Source of the DNA: a virus
Taxonomy: Duplodnaviria; Caudoviricetes
IMG/VR virus record: IMGVR_UViG_3300010401_000040
Span: 1 to 56,547 of that record
Reading direction: 5' to 3' (one strand)
DNA: 56,547 nt
Of the stretch, positions 16,143-26,370 are shown one piece after another (position 1 is the stretch's first letter; the number at the start of each line of letters is the position of its first letter). A model generated the notes under the pieces. The model searched no databases. It was not told the DNA's origin and saw nothing but the letters and a program-made list of their open reading frames with translations. The translations under genes and the position numbers were made by a program.

Positions 16143-17797
16143 CCCCACAATGCTGGATGTTTTCTTACACGCCCTACCAGGGTGGAGGTAATATGCGCAG
16201 CAACCCCAAGATCGTTGTGCGGCGCACTGCCGCCATTGGCGACGCGCTGGCGGCGACCTGTGTGGCCGACCGGCTCCACGAGCTAGGCTATGAATGCGAA
16301 TTCCAAACCCATACCAACATTCACTGCCTCCTGCGCTATTGCCCCAGCATCAGTTCGCTGGCGAATCCAGGCGGATATGCCCACGTTGACCTCGACCGGT
16401 CCTACGAAACCAACCCAGCGAGGAGGAATTTACATTTCAGCGAGATGTTTATGCAGCGAGCAGACGAGACTCTGCGACCTTACGGAATATCGCTTGGGGG
16501 CGCGCTTAATTGTCGTCCTAGCCTTCGAATACCTCGACAGCTAAACCAGACCGCCATTGCCAAGTTTAACTCCCATCCCCGGCCCTGGATCTTCTTTGTG
16601 CCCCGCTCCAACACCTACAACGTGCGGCAGGTCCCTGACACCTTCTGGTCGGCCTTGGCGGAGCAGTTGCCCGGCACCAAGTTCTGGCTAGGCACCCACG
16701 GCCCCTGCGCAGGGACAGTCGACTTGGAGGCGCGCCACTTGGACAACGTGATCACCTGGCTCTCGGCTGCCGACCTGGTCGTCTCGGTCGACACCGGTCC
16801 TTTGCACATCGCCGCGGCGTTAGGTAAACAGATCGTCGCCTTGGGCCAATCCTCGAGCCCCGACCTCCACATCTCCGACCAACGGGACTTTGAGACCGTA
16901 TGGCCGGAAGGGAATTTGAATTGCCTCAACTGCCAGGAGAACATTTGCAAGGTCAATTATTACATGCCCCCTTGCCAGAATTTCGACGCTGTTGCGGTAG
17001 CGGTGAAGGCGAACCAAAAAATAACAGGTAGACGGAATGACGACGTCTCTGCCGCTATCGCCATTTATCAACCTGAGGCCAACGTCCTCAACCGGTGCCT
17101 GGAGTGCCTCTTGGACCAGGTGCAGGAGATTGTCGTGTGCGTCGATAAGGCGGGGAAGATCCCCAGCAACGCGCTGCAGCACGGCAAGATCCGCTACGTT
17201 CACCATCGCCAGTTCAACGTCGGCTACGGGCGCAAGATGAACTTCGCCACTCGCCACACGAGCGGTCGCTACGTGCTGCAGGTTAATGACGACGTCTTCC
17301 TAAACCCAGGAGCAGTCGCCAAGATGAAGGAGTGCATGGCGCCAGGGATCGGCATTGTCAGCTGCTTGCTTCGATACCCTGATGGAACCATCCAGCATGC
17401 CGGTAAGGTGCGCTCTCCCGGCCAGCGCGGCTGGGGCCACATCAACCACAAGCAGCACCTGCCGGATTTCAAGGACGTGACTGAACAGGAGAACACCTGC
17501 GGGGCCTGCTGGCTGGTCGATCGCGACGCCCACTTCCAATCCGGCGGTTACGACGAGCGGTTCTTTATTTACGCCGAAGACGACGACTACTGCCTGCGGA
17601 TGCGCAAGACCGGTTACCGGATTCTCTTTACCCCGCACGCCTCGGGCGTCCACCTGGAACACCAGTCGACCACTAAGACCGGTCCTATCATCGATCACCT
17701 GAACAACTCCAACCGGGTCTTTGGTCAGCTGTGGGGCCCCTACCTGGAATGGAACAGCAACCGAATCCCTGGGAATTTTGACTATTGTAAGGTTTAA
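16139..17797 (+). CDS. fused glycosyltransferase: GT9 (heptosyltransferase-like) + GT2
   Basis: RTAAIGDAL and SVDTGPLHIAAALG (GT9); NDDV, GACWLV, YDERFFIYAEDDDYC (GT2). Confidence 0.88.
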   Translation: MTPQCWMFSYTPYQGGGNMRSNPKIVVRRTAAIGDALAATCVADRLHELGYECEFQTHTNIHCLLRYCPSISSLANPGGYAHVDLDRSYETNPARRNLHFSEMFMQRADETLRPYGISLGGALNCRPSLRIPRQLNQTAIAKFNSHPRPWIFFVPRSNTYNVRQVPDTFWSALAEQLPGTKFWLGTHGPCAGTVDLEARHLDNVITWLSAADLVVSVDTGPLHIAAALGKQIVALGQSSSPDLHISDQRDFETVWPEGNLNCLNCQENICKVNYYMPPCQNFDAVAVAVKANQKITGRRNDDVSAAIAIYQPEANVLNRCLECLLDQVQEIVVCVDKAGKIPSNALQHGKIRYVHHRQFNVGYGRKMNFATRHTSGRYVLQVNDDVFLNPGAVAKMKECMAPGIGIVSCLLRYPDGTIQHAGKVRSPGQRGWGHINHKQHLPDFKDVTEQENTCGACWLVDRDAHFQSGGYDERFFIYAEDDDYCLRMRKTGYRILFTPHASGVHLEHQSTTKTGPIIDHLNNSNRVFGQLWGPYLEWNSNRIPGNFDYCKV

Positions 17798-17825
17798 TAA
17801 TGTTACACAATCTCAATATAAGGAG

Positions 17826-17847
17826 GGGGATACGTCTCCCCCTTTTG
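17826..17847 (+). terminator. intrinsic terminator
   Basis: GGGGGA-TACGTC-TCCCCC-TTTT in an AT-rich gap. Confidence 0.55.
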
Positions 17848-17879
17848 ATGCTATGTATTGTGATTTTTTAGAATAACTT

Positions 17880-18641
17880 ATGACTACTCTTGGCGGAAAT
17901 ATCTGCATACGAAACGGGTTCCGGCTGGACTACTGCTGGCGTGAAACGGTCAAGTCGCTCCTGGAGGTGTGCGATAAGGTGGTCATTTGCGACTGCGATT
18001 CAGACGACGGGACACGCAAATGGATCGACGACTGGGCAGCGACTGAGTCGCGGATTGTCCCGGTCAACTTTCCCTGGACCAACCCCGAGCGCACCAACCA
18101 ATGGTGGCCCGAGTGGATCAATTACTCGCGGCAGCACCTGGACACCGACATGCACCTGCAGCTGGACGCCGACGAGCTAATCCACCCCGAGGACCACGAG
18201 CAAATACGCAATGCGCGCGACGCCAAGGCGACGCTCTACTTCCAGAGGCTCAACTTCTGGTCGGACCCCAAGCACTTGATACCGGAAGGCTATTGCTGCG
18301 GCACAAAGGTCCTCAAAATGGCCCCGGCCAATATGCCCATCCCGAGTGATTACCCCTACGAACCGGCTAACTCGACCTGCGCCCAGGCGGTCGATTCGAA
18401 CATCCGGGTATTCCACTACGGCTTTATCCGGCACCGCGAGCAGTTCTTTGAGAAGGCCAGGGAAGTCCACCGCATCTGGAGCGGCGCCATGGACGAGCGC
18501 CTGGCGCGCGCTGAAAAGTTTGAAGGCAACTGGGCGACCATGCCGGGAGTAACCGGCTGGGAAGATCGCATCGTTGACTACACGGGAAACCATCCGCCAC
18601 TCATTCACCAGTGGCTAAGAGAGAGGGGATATGAAATATAA
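17880..18641 (+). CDS. GT-A fold (GT2-like) glycosyltransferase
   Basis: DCDSDDGT, LDADE (DxD), FHYG. Confidence 0.82.
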   Translation: MTTLGGNICIRNGFRLDYCWRETVKSLLEVCDKVVICDCDSDDGTRKWIDDWAATESRIVPVNFPWTNPERTNQWWPEWINYSRQHLDTDMHLQLDADELIHPEDHEQIRNARDAKATLYFQRLNFWSDPKHLIPEGYCCGTKVLKMAPANMPIPSDYPYEPANSTCAQAVDSNIRVFHYGFIRHREQFFEKAREVHRIWSGAMDERLARAEKFEGNWATMPGVTGWEDRIVDYTGNHPPLIHQWLRERGYEI

Positions 18642-19158
18642 GTCGCACGTCCGCGTTGCCAAAGATATCTGCTTTACCTGGACTGAAGATGAGGTGCTCA
18701 ACTATCTATGCGAGCTAGCCTCTAACTCCAGGGTGATGGTTGAGTCGGGAACCTACATGGGAGCCAGCGCCTACGCGATGCTCTCCGCCGCCCCGCGCGA
18801 CGCGCACCTGTGGTGCATCGACAAGTTCATGGTGCCCGGCACCGAGCACGTCACACGGCGCAACCTCAAGTTCTGGATCGACCACGGCCAGTGCGAACTG
18901 ATCATTGGCGATTCGGAGCGCGGCGCCGACATGTTGAAACACATGCTCGGACAAGTGGACCTGATCTTTGTTGACGACGGCCACGCCGAAGAGGACGTGA
19001 TGCGCGACATTCGCTGCCTCCAGCCGCTCCTTAAGCGCGGCGGCATTATGGTCGGCCACGACTTCGACGTCCCGCACAACGACGTGGCCCGTGGGGTGAT
19101 TCGCAGCGGCATCCCTTACGACGTTCCCATTCCCAGGCTCTGGCGCTACATCCGGTGA
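18631..19158 (+). CDS. class I SAM-dependent methyltransferase (Methyltransf_24-like)
   Basis: ESGTYMGAS, DLIFVDDGH, LKRGGIMVGHD. Confidence 0.88.
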   Translation: MKYKSHVRVAKDICFTWTEDEVLNYLCELASNSRVMVESGTYMGASAYAMLSAAPRDAHLWCIDKFMVPGTEHVTRRNLKFWIDHGQCELIIGDSERGADMLKHMLGQVDLIFVDDGHAEEDVMRDIRCLQPLLKRGGIMVGHDFDVPHNDVARGVIRSGIPYDVPIPRLWRYIR

Positions 19159-19907
19159 CCATCAAAGTCGTCTACCCCGTCCCCAACGATAACCCGGAGG
19201 TCTGGGCTCTCTTCCGCGACAAGGTCGTGCGTTTCACCGATAGCTGGCGCCAATTTGGACCAGGCTTCCAGTGCGATCTGGTGCCGGTGTTATTTGCTGA
19301 TGACCCTACCGGCAAGGTGACCAATCTATTTCACGGACTGCCCATCGAACAGTTCGAGCAGTATGACGGGGCGGGCTGCGATATCGGCGCCGCGCAGTGG
19401 GTGGCTGAGGCCTCTGAGCCCGACGACTTCATTGTGGCCCTGACCAGCCGGGTTTACTTCCATCGCTCTGGCTGGCTTAATCACTTGAAGGAAGCCAGGG
19501 AACTCTACGGGCCGGGCCTCTATGGAACCTCAGCTAGCCTGGAAGGAGGTCGGCTCCATTGCTGCACGCGCTGCTACTCTATGGATGCCGAAATCTGGAA
19601 CGCCTACCCGACTGTCATCCACAGCCGAGACTTAGGCACTTACTTTGAGGTAGGACATAATAACCCACTGGGTCCACTAAGTGATTGGGTGGAGTCCATT
19701 GGCCGACCGGCCTACATGGTCTATTGGTCAGGCGTCCGCAGAAAGCCGCACTGGACCACTCCAGATAACATCTTCCGAAAGGGAAACCAGGAGGACTTAC
19801 TGGTGTGGGACAAGCACACCGACGCCTACCGTGACGCCGATCACGCAGAGAAGGAGCGGCTCCACGCCATGGCATATGGTGTTGCAAACCCGGTGGCTGA
19901 AGCGTAA
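19155..19907 (+). CDS. hypothetical protein, possibly glycosyltransferase-like
   Basis: GCDIGA and downstream FE motifs; position in the sugar cluster. Confidence 0.55.
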   Translation: MTIKVVYPVPNDNPEVWALFRDKVVRFTDSWRQFGPGFQCDLVPVLFADDPTGKVTNLFHGLPIEQFEQYDGAGCDIGAAQWVAEASEPDDFIVALTSRVYFHRSGWLNHLKEARELYGPGLYGTSASLEGGRLHCCTRCYSMDAEIWNAYPTVIHSRDLGTYFEVGHNNPLGPLSDWVESIGRPAYMVYWSGVRRKPHWTTPDNIFRKGNQEDLLVWDKHTDAYRDADHAEKERLHAMAYGVANPVAEA

Positions 19908-19917
19908 AAGGCTAGCT

Positions 19918-22245
19918 ATGGAATTTAAGAACGCCGAGCAGGTGCAGCAGATCTGTTGGGAGATGAGATGCGCCGACTGGCCCAGGGACGCAAACCGCGC
20001 CCGCATCAACGACCTGTTCAACGGCGTTCCACCCTACAGCCAGGACGAGGTTCGCGATAACAACATCAACGTGAACGTGAACTTCCTGGAGGCGACGCGC
20101 TTGGGGCACGACGCCCGGATGCAAGGCCAGCAGGGGATCTTAAAGCCGGGCAACTATTTTGTAGCGCGCACCGACGCCGGGCCTTCGAGCAAGCGGGTTA
20201 ACTGGGGCAACCTCTCTACCTCGGTGGTCAATAAGACCATGAAGCGGTCATTGTCGTATTACGAAAATATCCGCTCCAAGATAGGCTCTAACGTCCTGCA
20301 TGGCATTGGCCCTTCCTGCTGGGAGAACTCGGATGTGTGGCTGGCCGACCCGCTTGGGGTTGAGGACCTGTTGATACCGGCTAGCACCTACGTCACCTTC
20401 AAGAACCTCCCCTTCTTCTGCATCCTGAGATCCTTCACCGCGCCGGAGTTAATCAAGATCTCGCGCGCCAAGAAAGTCGATAAGGCCTGGAACAAGGACC
20501 TAATCGAGTCCTGCCTCAAATGGATCGATCGCGAGAGCATGGCGCTCATGGGCTCCAACTGGCCCGACACCTGGTCCCCTTCGAAGGTCGAGGAGCGCGT
20601 TAAGGGCGATGGCGGCTACTACATGGGCGACCAGGTCCCCACCATCGACGTGTTCGATTTCTACTACTGGAGTGATGAGAATGATGAAGAAGGCTGGCGG
20701 CGCAGAATCGTCCTGGACGACTGGTCAACCCCCGCATCAGCGGGCACCGGCTACCAGTTCTCGCGCAACTCCGCTGTGGATTTTGGTCGCAATCAATGGC
20801 TCTACAACTCGGGCGCGCGGGTCATCGCCCAGAGGCGCGAGGAGATATTTACTTGTGCCTTCGCCGACCTATCCGCGGTTACCCCCTTCCGCTATCACTC
20901 GGTAAGGTCGCTGGGATTCCTGCTCTATGCCGTGTGCCACTTGCAAAACCGGTTGCGCTGCTCCTTCTCCAAGTCTGTGTTCGAATCGCTCCTGATGTAT
21001 TTCCAGGTCGGCAACATGGACGAAGCCGAACGCGCGCTGAAGCTGGAACTGGCCGACAAAGGCTTCATCGACGAGGGGCTCAAGTTTGTTAAGAACGCCG
21101 ATCGCTACCAGGTCAACGCGGGCCTGGTGGAGCTAGGGCTGGGTGAGAACCAGAAATTGATCAGCCAGAACTCGTCCTCATTCTCCTCAGCCAGCCAGTT
21201 CTCCTCAGACCGCGATCGCAAGACCAAGTTCCAGGTGCAGGCTGAACTGCAGCAATCCCAGACGCTCATCAGCGCTGCCCTGGCCCAGTTCTTCACCTAC
21301 CAGGAAGTCGAGTATCGCGAGATATTCCGCCGGTTCCTAAACCCCAAGAGCCGCGACGTTGAGGTGCAGAACGTCCGTAAGCGACTGCTGCGTGAGATCC
21401 CGGAAAAATACCTGGTCCCCGAGGCGTGGGAAATCGAAGCCGAACGCACGCTGGGTGCTGGCAATAAGACTTTGGAAATGGTCCAAGCCGAACAGCTGAT
21501 GCAGTATCGCCCGCTCTATGATCCGGAGGCTCAGCGCCAGATCTTGAGAGATGTAACCTTAGCGATTACAGATGACCCTGGCCGCGCCAATGCCTACGTG
21601 CCAGAGCAGCCGCACATCAGCGACTCGATCCACGACACGCAGCTGGCCTTTGGTTCGCTCATGCAAGGCGCTCAAGTCAACGTCCGGCCCGGTCTCAACA
21701 ACGTGGAAGTGATCGGCACGATGCTGCAGCTGATGGACAATAAGATTAAGCAGCTGGGACCGATGGGCAGCCCTGCCGACCTGGCGGGAATCCAGAACTG
21801 CGCCCAATACACGCAGGGATTCATTCAGCTGCTGGAACAGGACGAGGCGATGAAGTCCACTGCCAAGGCCTTTGCGCAGGTGCTCTCCAAACTCATGAAC
21901 CTGGTGCGGGCAATGGCTCAGCGCTTGCAGCAGGCCCAGGAGAAGGCCGCACAGGCCAACGGCAATGGCAACGGCGAGGCCGCAGCCAAGATCCAATCCA
22001 TCATGATGCAGGCGCAGGTGAAGCAGCAGAACGCCAAGCAGAGCCACGCCCAGAAGACGGCCCAGCGCCAGATCCAGTTTGAGCAACAGCTAAAGCAGGA
22101 CCAGGCCAAGGCGGCATTGGACATGCAGATTAAGGCGCGCGAACGCGGCCTGGACCTGCAGACAAGGGCGATCGAGAAACACCTCGACCTGAATAACGAG
22201 AAGATTAAGCAGCGCATGAAATCAACCCAGGAGAGTGAAGAATGA
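19918..22245 (+). CDS. portal protein (podovirus type, long Gln-rich C-terminal barrel)
   Basis: About 775 aa, helical, Q-rich coiled-coil tail, upstream of scaffold and capsid; start at MEFKNAEQ. Confidence 0.78.
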   Translation: MEFKNAEQVQQICWEMRCADWPRDANRARINDLFNGVPPYSQDEVRDNNINVNVNFLEATRLGHDARMQGQQGILKPGNYFVARTDAGPSSKRVNWGNLSTSVVNKTMKRSLSYYENIRSKIGSNVLHGIGPSCWENSDVWLADPLGVEDLLIPASTYVTFKNLPFFCILRSFTAPELIKISRAKKVDKAWNKDLIESCLKWIDRESMALMGSNWPDTWSPSKVEERVKGDGGYYMGDQVPTIDVFDFYYWSDENDEEGWRRRIVLDDWSTPASAGTGYQFSRNSAVDFGRNQWLYNSGARVIAQRREEIFTCAFADLSAVTPFRYHSVRSLGFLLYAVCHLQNRLRCSFSKSVFESLLMYFQVGNMDEAERALKLELADKGFIDEGLKFVKNADRYQVNAGLVELGLGENQKLISQNSSSFSSASQFSSDRDRKTKFQVQAELQQSQTLISAALAQFFTYQEVEYREIFRRFLNPKSRDVEVQNVRKRLLREIPEKYLVPEAWEIEAERTLGAGNKTLEMVQAEQLMQYRPLYDPEAQRQILRDVTLAITDDPGRANAYVPEQPHISDSIHDTQLAFGSLMQGAQVNVRPGLNNVEVIGTMLQLMDNKIKQLGPMGSPADLAGIQNCAQYTQGFIQLLEQDEAMKSTAKAFAQVLSKLMNLVRAMAQRLQQAQEKAAQANGNGNGEAAAKIQSIMMQAQVKQQNAKQSHAQKTAQRQIQFEQQLKQDQAKAALDMQIKARERGLDLQTRAIEKHLDLNNEKIKQRMKSTQESEE

Positions 22246-22661
22246 AGATCGTCATAGAGACCATCCCCCACCAGGATCAGCGATATCCAACTTGCGGCGA
22301 TTGGTTTTATGGCCCTGACGGAACTCTCCACATCAAGGTGACCCAACTCTCTGACTGGCGACACGAGGCGCTGATCGCCGTGCATGAATTGGTCGAAGTC
22401 CTTTGCTGTAAGCATCGCGGGATTTCCCAGGAGCAAGTCGACGCGTTCGATATGGCCTACGAGGCCAAACGGGATAATAAGTTAAAAGATCCAGATTACC
22501 CAGAAGAGGCGAAGTGGATTTTGACAGCAGAGGAGCCGGGCGACCATCCTGATGCCCCTTACCGATCGGAGCATTGCGCGGCCACCGGAGTTGAGAGGAT
22601 GCTCGCCTCCCTGATGGAAGTCCCGTGGAGCCTTTACGAGAACGAGATTCTGGCCCAATGA
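22242..22661 (+). CDS. hypothetical protein with HExxE metal-binding-like motif
   Basis: TCGDW, VHELVE, EPGD..DAPY..EH. Confidence 0.7.
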   Translation: MKIVIETIPHQDQRYPTCGDWFYGPDGTLHIKVTQLSDWRHEALIAVHELVEVLCCKHRGISQEQVDAFDMAYEAKRDNKLKDPDYPEEAKWILTAEEPGDHPDAPYRSEHCAATGVERMLASLMEVPWSLYENEILAQ

Positions 22662-23947
22662 AGTCGATATCAGACGTAACGGTCTGCGTGATCGATACAG
22701 GCCTGTTCCTAAACTTCGCCCGCACGATGGCTCGCAAGGCCAAGCGTGTCCTCTACTTTAATCCTGAGGTGCGCTCCTATCCGTCACTCCACCAGCATTG
22801 TGTCGGCGATGGGTTCCCTGAACTGGAAGTGGTGCGTGAGTTCTGGTCCCAGTTCGAGGAGATAGACCTGTTCTGTTTCCCTGACGTCGGCCAGGGTCCC
22901 TTGCAGCAATACCTCCGAGCAGTCGGAAAGCTGGTCTGGGGCGCTGGCGCCGGTGAGCAACTCGAATTAAAGCGCCAGATGTTTCTGGACATGTTGGGAA
23001 AACTAGGCCTGGAGGTTCCCGAGTATCACGTTTGCGCCGGGCTCTCCGAACTACGCCACTACCTGCACGACAAGGAGGACCAGTATGTCAAAATATCCCG
23101 CTACCGTGGGGACATGGAGACGCACCATTACCGGAATTATCGGATGGACCAGACGTGGCTGGATACGCTGGCAATTCAGTTTGGACCACTCCAGGACCGA
23201 ATCTCCTTCCTGGTGTTCCCGGCGATCGATTGCGAGATAGAAATTGGCGGGGACACCTACTGCGTCGATGGGCAATGGCCGAAGCTGATGCTGAACGGCG
23301 TCGAGGGCAAGGACAAATCCTACTTCAGCTGCGTGACCCGGTGGGAGGATATGCCGCCCATGGTGACCGAGGTGATGGAGGCCTTTAGCCCTATCCTCTC
23401 CCGCACCCGCTACCGCCAGCAATGGAGCTCGGAGATCCGGGTTACTGACGAGGGCAAGGCCTTCTTCATTGACCCAACCTGCCGCGGCGGCATGCCCTCC
23501 AGCGGCTCCCAACAACTGCTCTGGGAGAACTTCCCGGAGATTGTGCTGGCCGGGGCGCACGGCGAGCTACTGGACCCTGAGCCCATCGCCAGGTATTCCA
23601 TCGAGACCATGATCACCGCCAAGGACGAGGACAACCAATGGTGCTCGGCGGAGATCCCTGAGGAACTGGAAGGTAAGGCCCTATTCTATCGCTGCTGCAA
23701 AGTGGACGGGCTCTACGCCTTTCCGCCAGCTGAGTATGGCCACCGCGACTTAGGCTGGCTCGTAGCCACCGGCAACACGCCAGAGGAAGTGCTCCAGAAC
23801 CAGAAGGACGCTGCTGACTTGCTTCCGGACGGACTTAACGCCGACGTCGAGGCGCTGGCCTCAGTGATCCAGGATATTGACAAAGCAGAGAAGGATGGTG
23901 TCTCATTTGGCCAACATGAAATGCCGGAAGCGGCGTCAGTCCTTTAG
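22658..23947 (+). CDS. ATP-grasp ligase, PurD-like fold
   Basis: WGAG..EQLELKR, YVKIS..RGD.ET, EIGGD, SSEIR, IDPTCR.G.P. Confidence 0.75.
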   Translation: MKSISDVTVCVIDTGLFLNFARTMARKAKRVLYFNPEVRSYPSLHQHCVGDGFPELEVVREFWSQFEEIDLFCFPDVGQGPLQQYLRAVGKLVWGAGAGEQLELKRQMFLDMLGKLGLEVPEYHVCAGLSELRHYLHDKEDQYVKISRYRGDMETHHYRNYRMDQTWLDTLAIQFGPLQDRISFLVFPAIDCEIEIGGDTYCVDGQWPKLMLNGVEGKDKSYFSCVTRWEDMPPMVTEVMEAFSPILSRTRYRQQWSSEIRVTDEGKAFFIDPTCRGGMPSSGSQQLLWENFPEIVLAGAHGELLDPEPIARYSIETMITAKDEDNQWCSAEIPEELEGKALFYRCCKVDGLYAFPPAEYGHRDLGWLVATGNTPEEVLQNQKDAADLLPDGLNADVEALASVIQDIDKAEKDGVSFGQHEMPEAASVL

Positions 23948-23987
23948 TCGGGAAGTGGGGCTGATGCTCTTCCATGAAAGTGAAGAT

Positions 23988-24137
23988 ATGAATGGTTGTA
24001 ACTCACCGCAGGCGATGGTAGACCGCACTCCACGCTTTGAAGGCCAGCGCAGCAAAGGCAGACGAGAGAACCAAGTCGTAGGAAAAAAGAGCGGGATCAT
24101 CCGCCCTGACAAGCGAAAGAAAGCGAAGTATCTATGA
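23988..24137 (+). CDS. small basic protein (49 aa)
   Basis: ATGA-coupled to the next ORF. Confidence 0.4.
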   Translation: MNGCNSPQAMVDRTPRFEGQRSKGRRENQVVGKKSGIIRPDKRKKAKYL

Positions 24138-24289
24138 AAGAGATGAAACCCAAGGTAGTAACTCACATGCCGTCCACCAAGGCGAGCATACCCACCGCAG
24201 TGTCCAAGACCTACAAGTCCAAGATTGGAGTTGAGTCCGGGATACCGCCGATTGGATGCCCTCAGCCAAAGTCGAAGGTCGGGCTGTGA
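24134..24289 (+). CDS. small basic protein (51 aa), not in ORF track
   Basis: ATGA and GTGA overlaps at both ends. Confidence 0.45.
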   Translation: MKEMKPKVVTHMPSTKASIPTAVSKTYKSKIGVESGIPPIGCPQPKSKVGL

Positions 24290-24507
24290 TTCCAGTAAAA
24301 CCTGGAGATAGGGTTCTCATACCGATGAAGCTGGTTCGACCAGCCGATCACGGAGAGAAACTGTTGGATCAAAAAGGCGCCACGTTCGAGTTGTTCAACC
24401 TAAGGGCCGATAAGTGGTGGGCTAAGACACACGACGATGGCCCTGAGATCCTAGTCTGTATTTGCGATCTGAATCACATCGAGTCGGGTATTTTTATTGG
24501 ACAATGA
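24286..24507 (+). CDS. small SH3-like hypothetical protein
   Basis: VKPGDRVLI motif; GTGA/ATGA coupling. Confidence 0.5.
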   Translation: MIPVKPGDRVLIPMKLVRPADHGEKLLDQKGATFELFNLRADKWWAKTHDDGPEILVCICDLNHIESGIFIGQ

Positions 24508-24695
24508 GCGCCGAGACCGACAATTTCCCGGTGTATCAACCGCCGGGGATACCGCACATCGATCCCAAGGATCAGAAGGGGATCGTCAAAATGATCAACA
24601 AGGCCCTCAAGCCTAAGTTGAGGACGCCCAAGATGAAGGGCCTCCAGTCCGACCAGTCAGTCCACGTTAAGCACAAAAAGGTTAAGTTCTATTAG
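24504..24695 (+). CDS. small basic protein
   Basis: ATGA coupling; Lys-rich. Confidence 0.6.
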   Translation: MSAETDNFPVYQPPGIPHIDPKDQKGIVKMINKALKPKLRTPKMKGLQSDQSVHVKHKKVKFY

Positions 24696-24697
24696 TT

Positions 24698-24997
24698 ATG
24701 AGTAGCGTCATCAAAAATCCCAGTCCCAAAACGCGCTTCCAGGAGAGCGCCGATAACGTCAAACGCCACCGCGACCTGATCGCCTTGCGCGAGTTTGAGC
24801 GAGCAGCCGACATGTCTCTGCTGCAATACCAGAAGGATGTAACCCTCCAGGTCGATGCCAACCCGCAGATGGCCGGAGCCGCCTCCTTCAAAATGCAAGG
24901 GGCCCAGGAATTCCTCTGGACCTTTCGCAACCTCGCCGAGTCCTTTGAATTACCCAAGGGCCGAGTCGCTGAGGGGAACCTAGACCACGCAACATAA
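24698..24997 (+). CDS. hypothetical protein (99 aa) preceding scaffold
   Basis: Helical; position typical of the small gene between portal and scaffold. Confidence 0.7.
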   Translation: MSSVIKNPSPKTRFQESADNVKRHRDLIALREFERAADMSLLQYQKDVTLQVDANPQMAGAASFKMQGAQEFLWTFRNLAESFELPKGRVAEGNLDHAT

Positions 24998-24998
24998 T

Positions 24999-26324
24999 AT
25001 GCCTGCAGAAGCACCCCCAGCACCCACGGCTTTGCCACCGCCCACGACCAGTGCGGCGGTCGATAACGGTCCCGGTTCAGAGATCCACGTCACACAGGCG
25101 ACGGTCGACAGCGGTCCCAAACAGGTCCCACCCAAGAAGGGTGGGGCAATGGATCGGCTGTTCAAAGATCTCCGCGCCAAGGCGAAACCCAATTTTTACG
25201 AATCTGCTCCGGAACCAAGCACACCTCCGGAGCAGGGCGGCTCGACTGAGGCTGTTAGCACCCCACCTACTGAACAGCCAACTCCTGATAAGTCGACGCA
25301 GCCCGCTAAGGCTGGTGTTGGTGAAACTCCTACGCCAGCACCAGCTACGCAGGAGGGCAAGAAGGAGCGCGCTAATCCCTGGAAGCTAGTCGACGAATAC
25401 AAGGCCAAGGCGAGCAAGGCGGAGACTGAGCTAGCCGAAGTCCGAAAGAGCGGCATCGATCCCGCCGCCAAAAAGGCCTACGACGAGCAGGTGGCGCAAC
25501 TGCGCACCCAGAACGAGGAACTGGAAAAGGAAATCCGTTTTGTTAACTACGCCAAGAGCGCCGAGTTTAAGAGCAAATACCAGGAGCCTTACGAGAAGGC
25601 CTGGCACCGCGCGGCCCAGGAGATAAGCGAGATCCAGGTGACTGACCCGGCCACCAACGAGGTGCGTCCAGCGACCGTGAACGACCTGGCCGAGATCGTA
25701 AACCTGCCACTGGGCAAGGCGCGCGACGTCGCTGACCAGGTCTTTGGAAAGTTCGCCGATGATATCATGGCCTACCGAAAGGAAATCCAGCAGCTGTTCC
25801 AGGCGCAGGAATCGGCCTTGAAGGATGCCAAGGAGAGCGCCACTAGGCGCGATAAGGAACGCTCCGAGCAACAGCAGCATTTCCAGACTAAGACGGCAGA
25901 CGAGATCAAGGCGGCATGGGAAAAGGCCAACGCCGAGTTCATCGAGAAGCCTGAGCTAGCTGACGTGTTCAAGCCTGCTGAGGGCGATGAGGAAGGCCGC
26001 ACCCGGCTCACTAAGGGCTACGAGTTAGTCGACAAGGCATTCTCGGTAAACTCAGCTGACCCGGCATTAAGTCCGGAGGACCGGGCCAAGGCTGTGCGGA
26101 TGCATGCGGCAGTAAGGATGCGCGCGGCGGGATTTGGCGTGGTGAAGCACCGTCTGGATAAAGCTACTAAGCGCATTACTGAACTCGAAAAAGAGTTATC
26201 CCAATACAAGGAGACCTCCCCTCCGACCGGAGGAACATCCGGACCCTCCACCACGCCAGTTCAGACTGGCAAGGCCTGGGATTCCATCAGATCGGGCTTG
26301 CAGAAAATAGCAAGGCCCGCGTAG
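24999..26324 (+). CDS. capsid scaffolding protein
   Basis: Pro-rich disordered N-terminus, long coiled coils, short C-terminal helix; directly upstream of capsid. Confidence 0.72.
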   Translation: MPAEAPPAPTALPPPTTSAAVDNGPGSEIHVTQATVDSGPKQVPPKKGGAMDRLFKDLRAKAKPNFYESAPEPSTPPEQGGSTEAVSTPPTEQPTPDKSTQPAKAGVGETPTPAPATQEGKKERANPWKLVDEYKAKASKAETELAEVRKSGIDPAAKKAYDEQVAQLRTQNEELEKEIRFVNYAKSAEFKSKYQEPYEKAWHRAAQEISEIQVTDPATNEVRPATVNDLAEIVNLPLGKARDVADQVFGKFADDIMAYRKEIQQLFQAQESALKDAKESATRRDKERSEQQQHFQTKTADEIKAAWEKANAEFIEKPELADVFKPAEGDEEGRTRLTKGYELVDKAFSVNSADPALSPEDRAKAVRMHAAVRMRAAGFGVVKHRLDKATKRITELEKELSQYKETSPPTGGTSGPSTTPVQTGKAWDSIRSGLQKIARPA

Positions 26325-26370
26325 GATTCGAACTCGAGGACCATTGGGAAGTGGTCAATCATAGGTTAGG

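Noticed and set aside
19681-19917. N-terminal extensions in the ORF track (portal, terL, Ubl, ParB-like, GroES, GT fusion)
   Set aside because: They overlap neighbouring genes or hairpins; downstream ATGs have better initiation context.
22658-23947. Calling the ATP-grasp gene purD
   Set aside because: Only the fold-level motifs are visible; PurD-specific motifs (GSGGREH, GPNTGGMG) are absent.
23948-24290. tRNA or ncRNA in the gap after the ATP-grasp gene
   Set aside because: No cloverleaf or T-loop signature; a chain of ATGA/GTGA-coupled small ORFs explains it.
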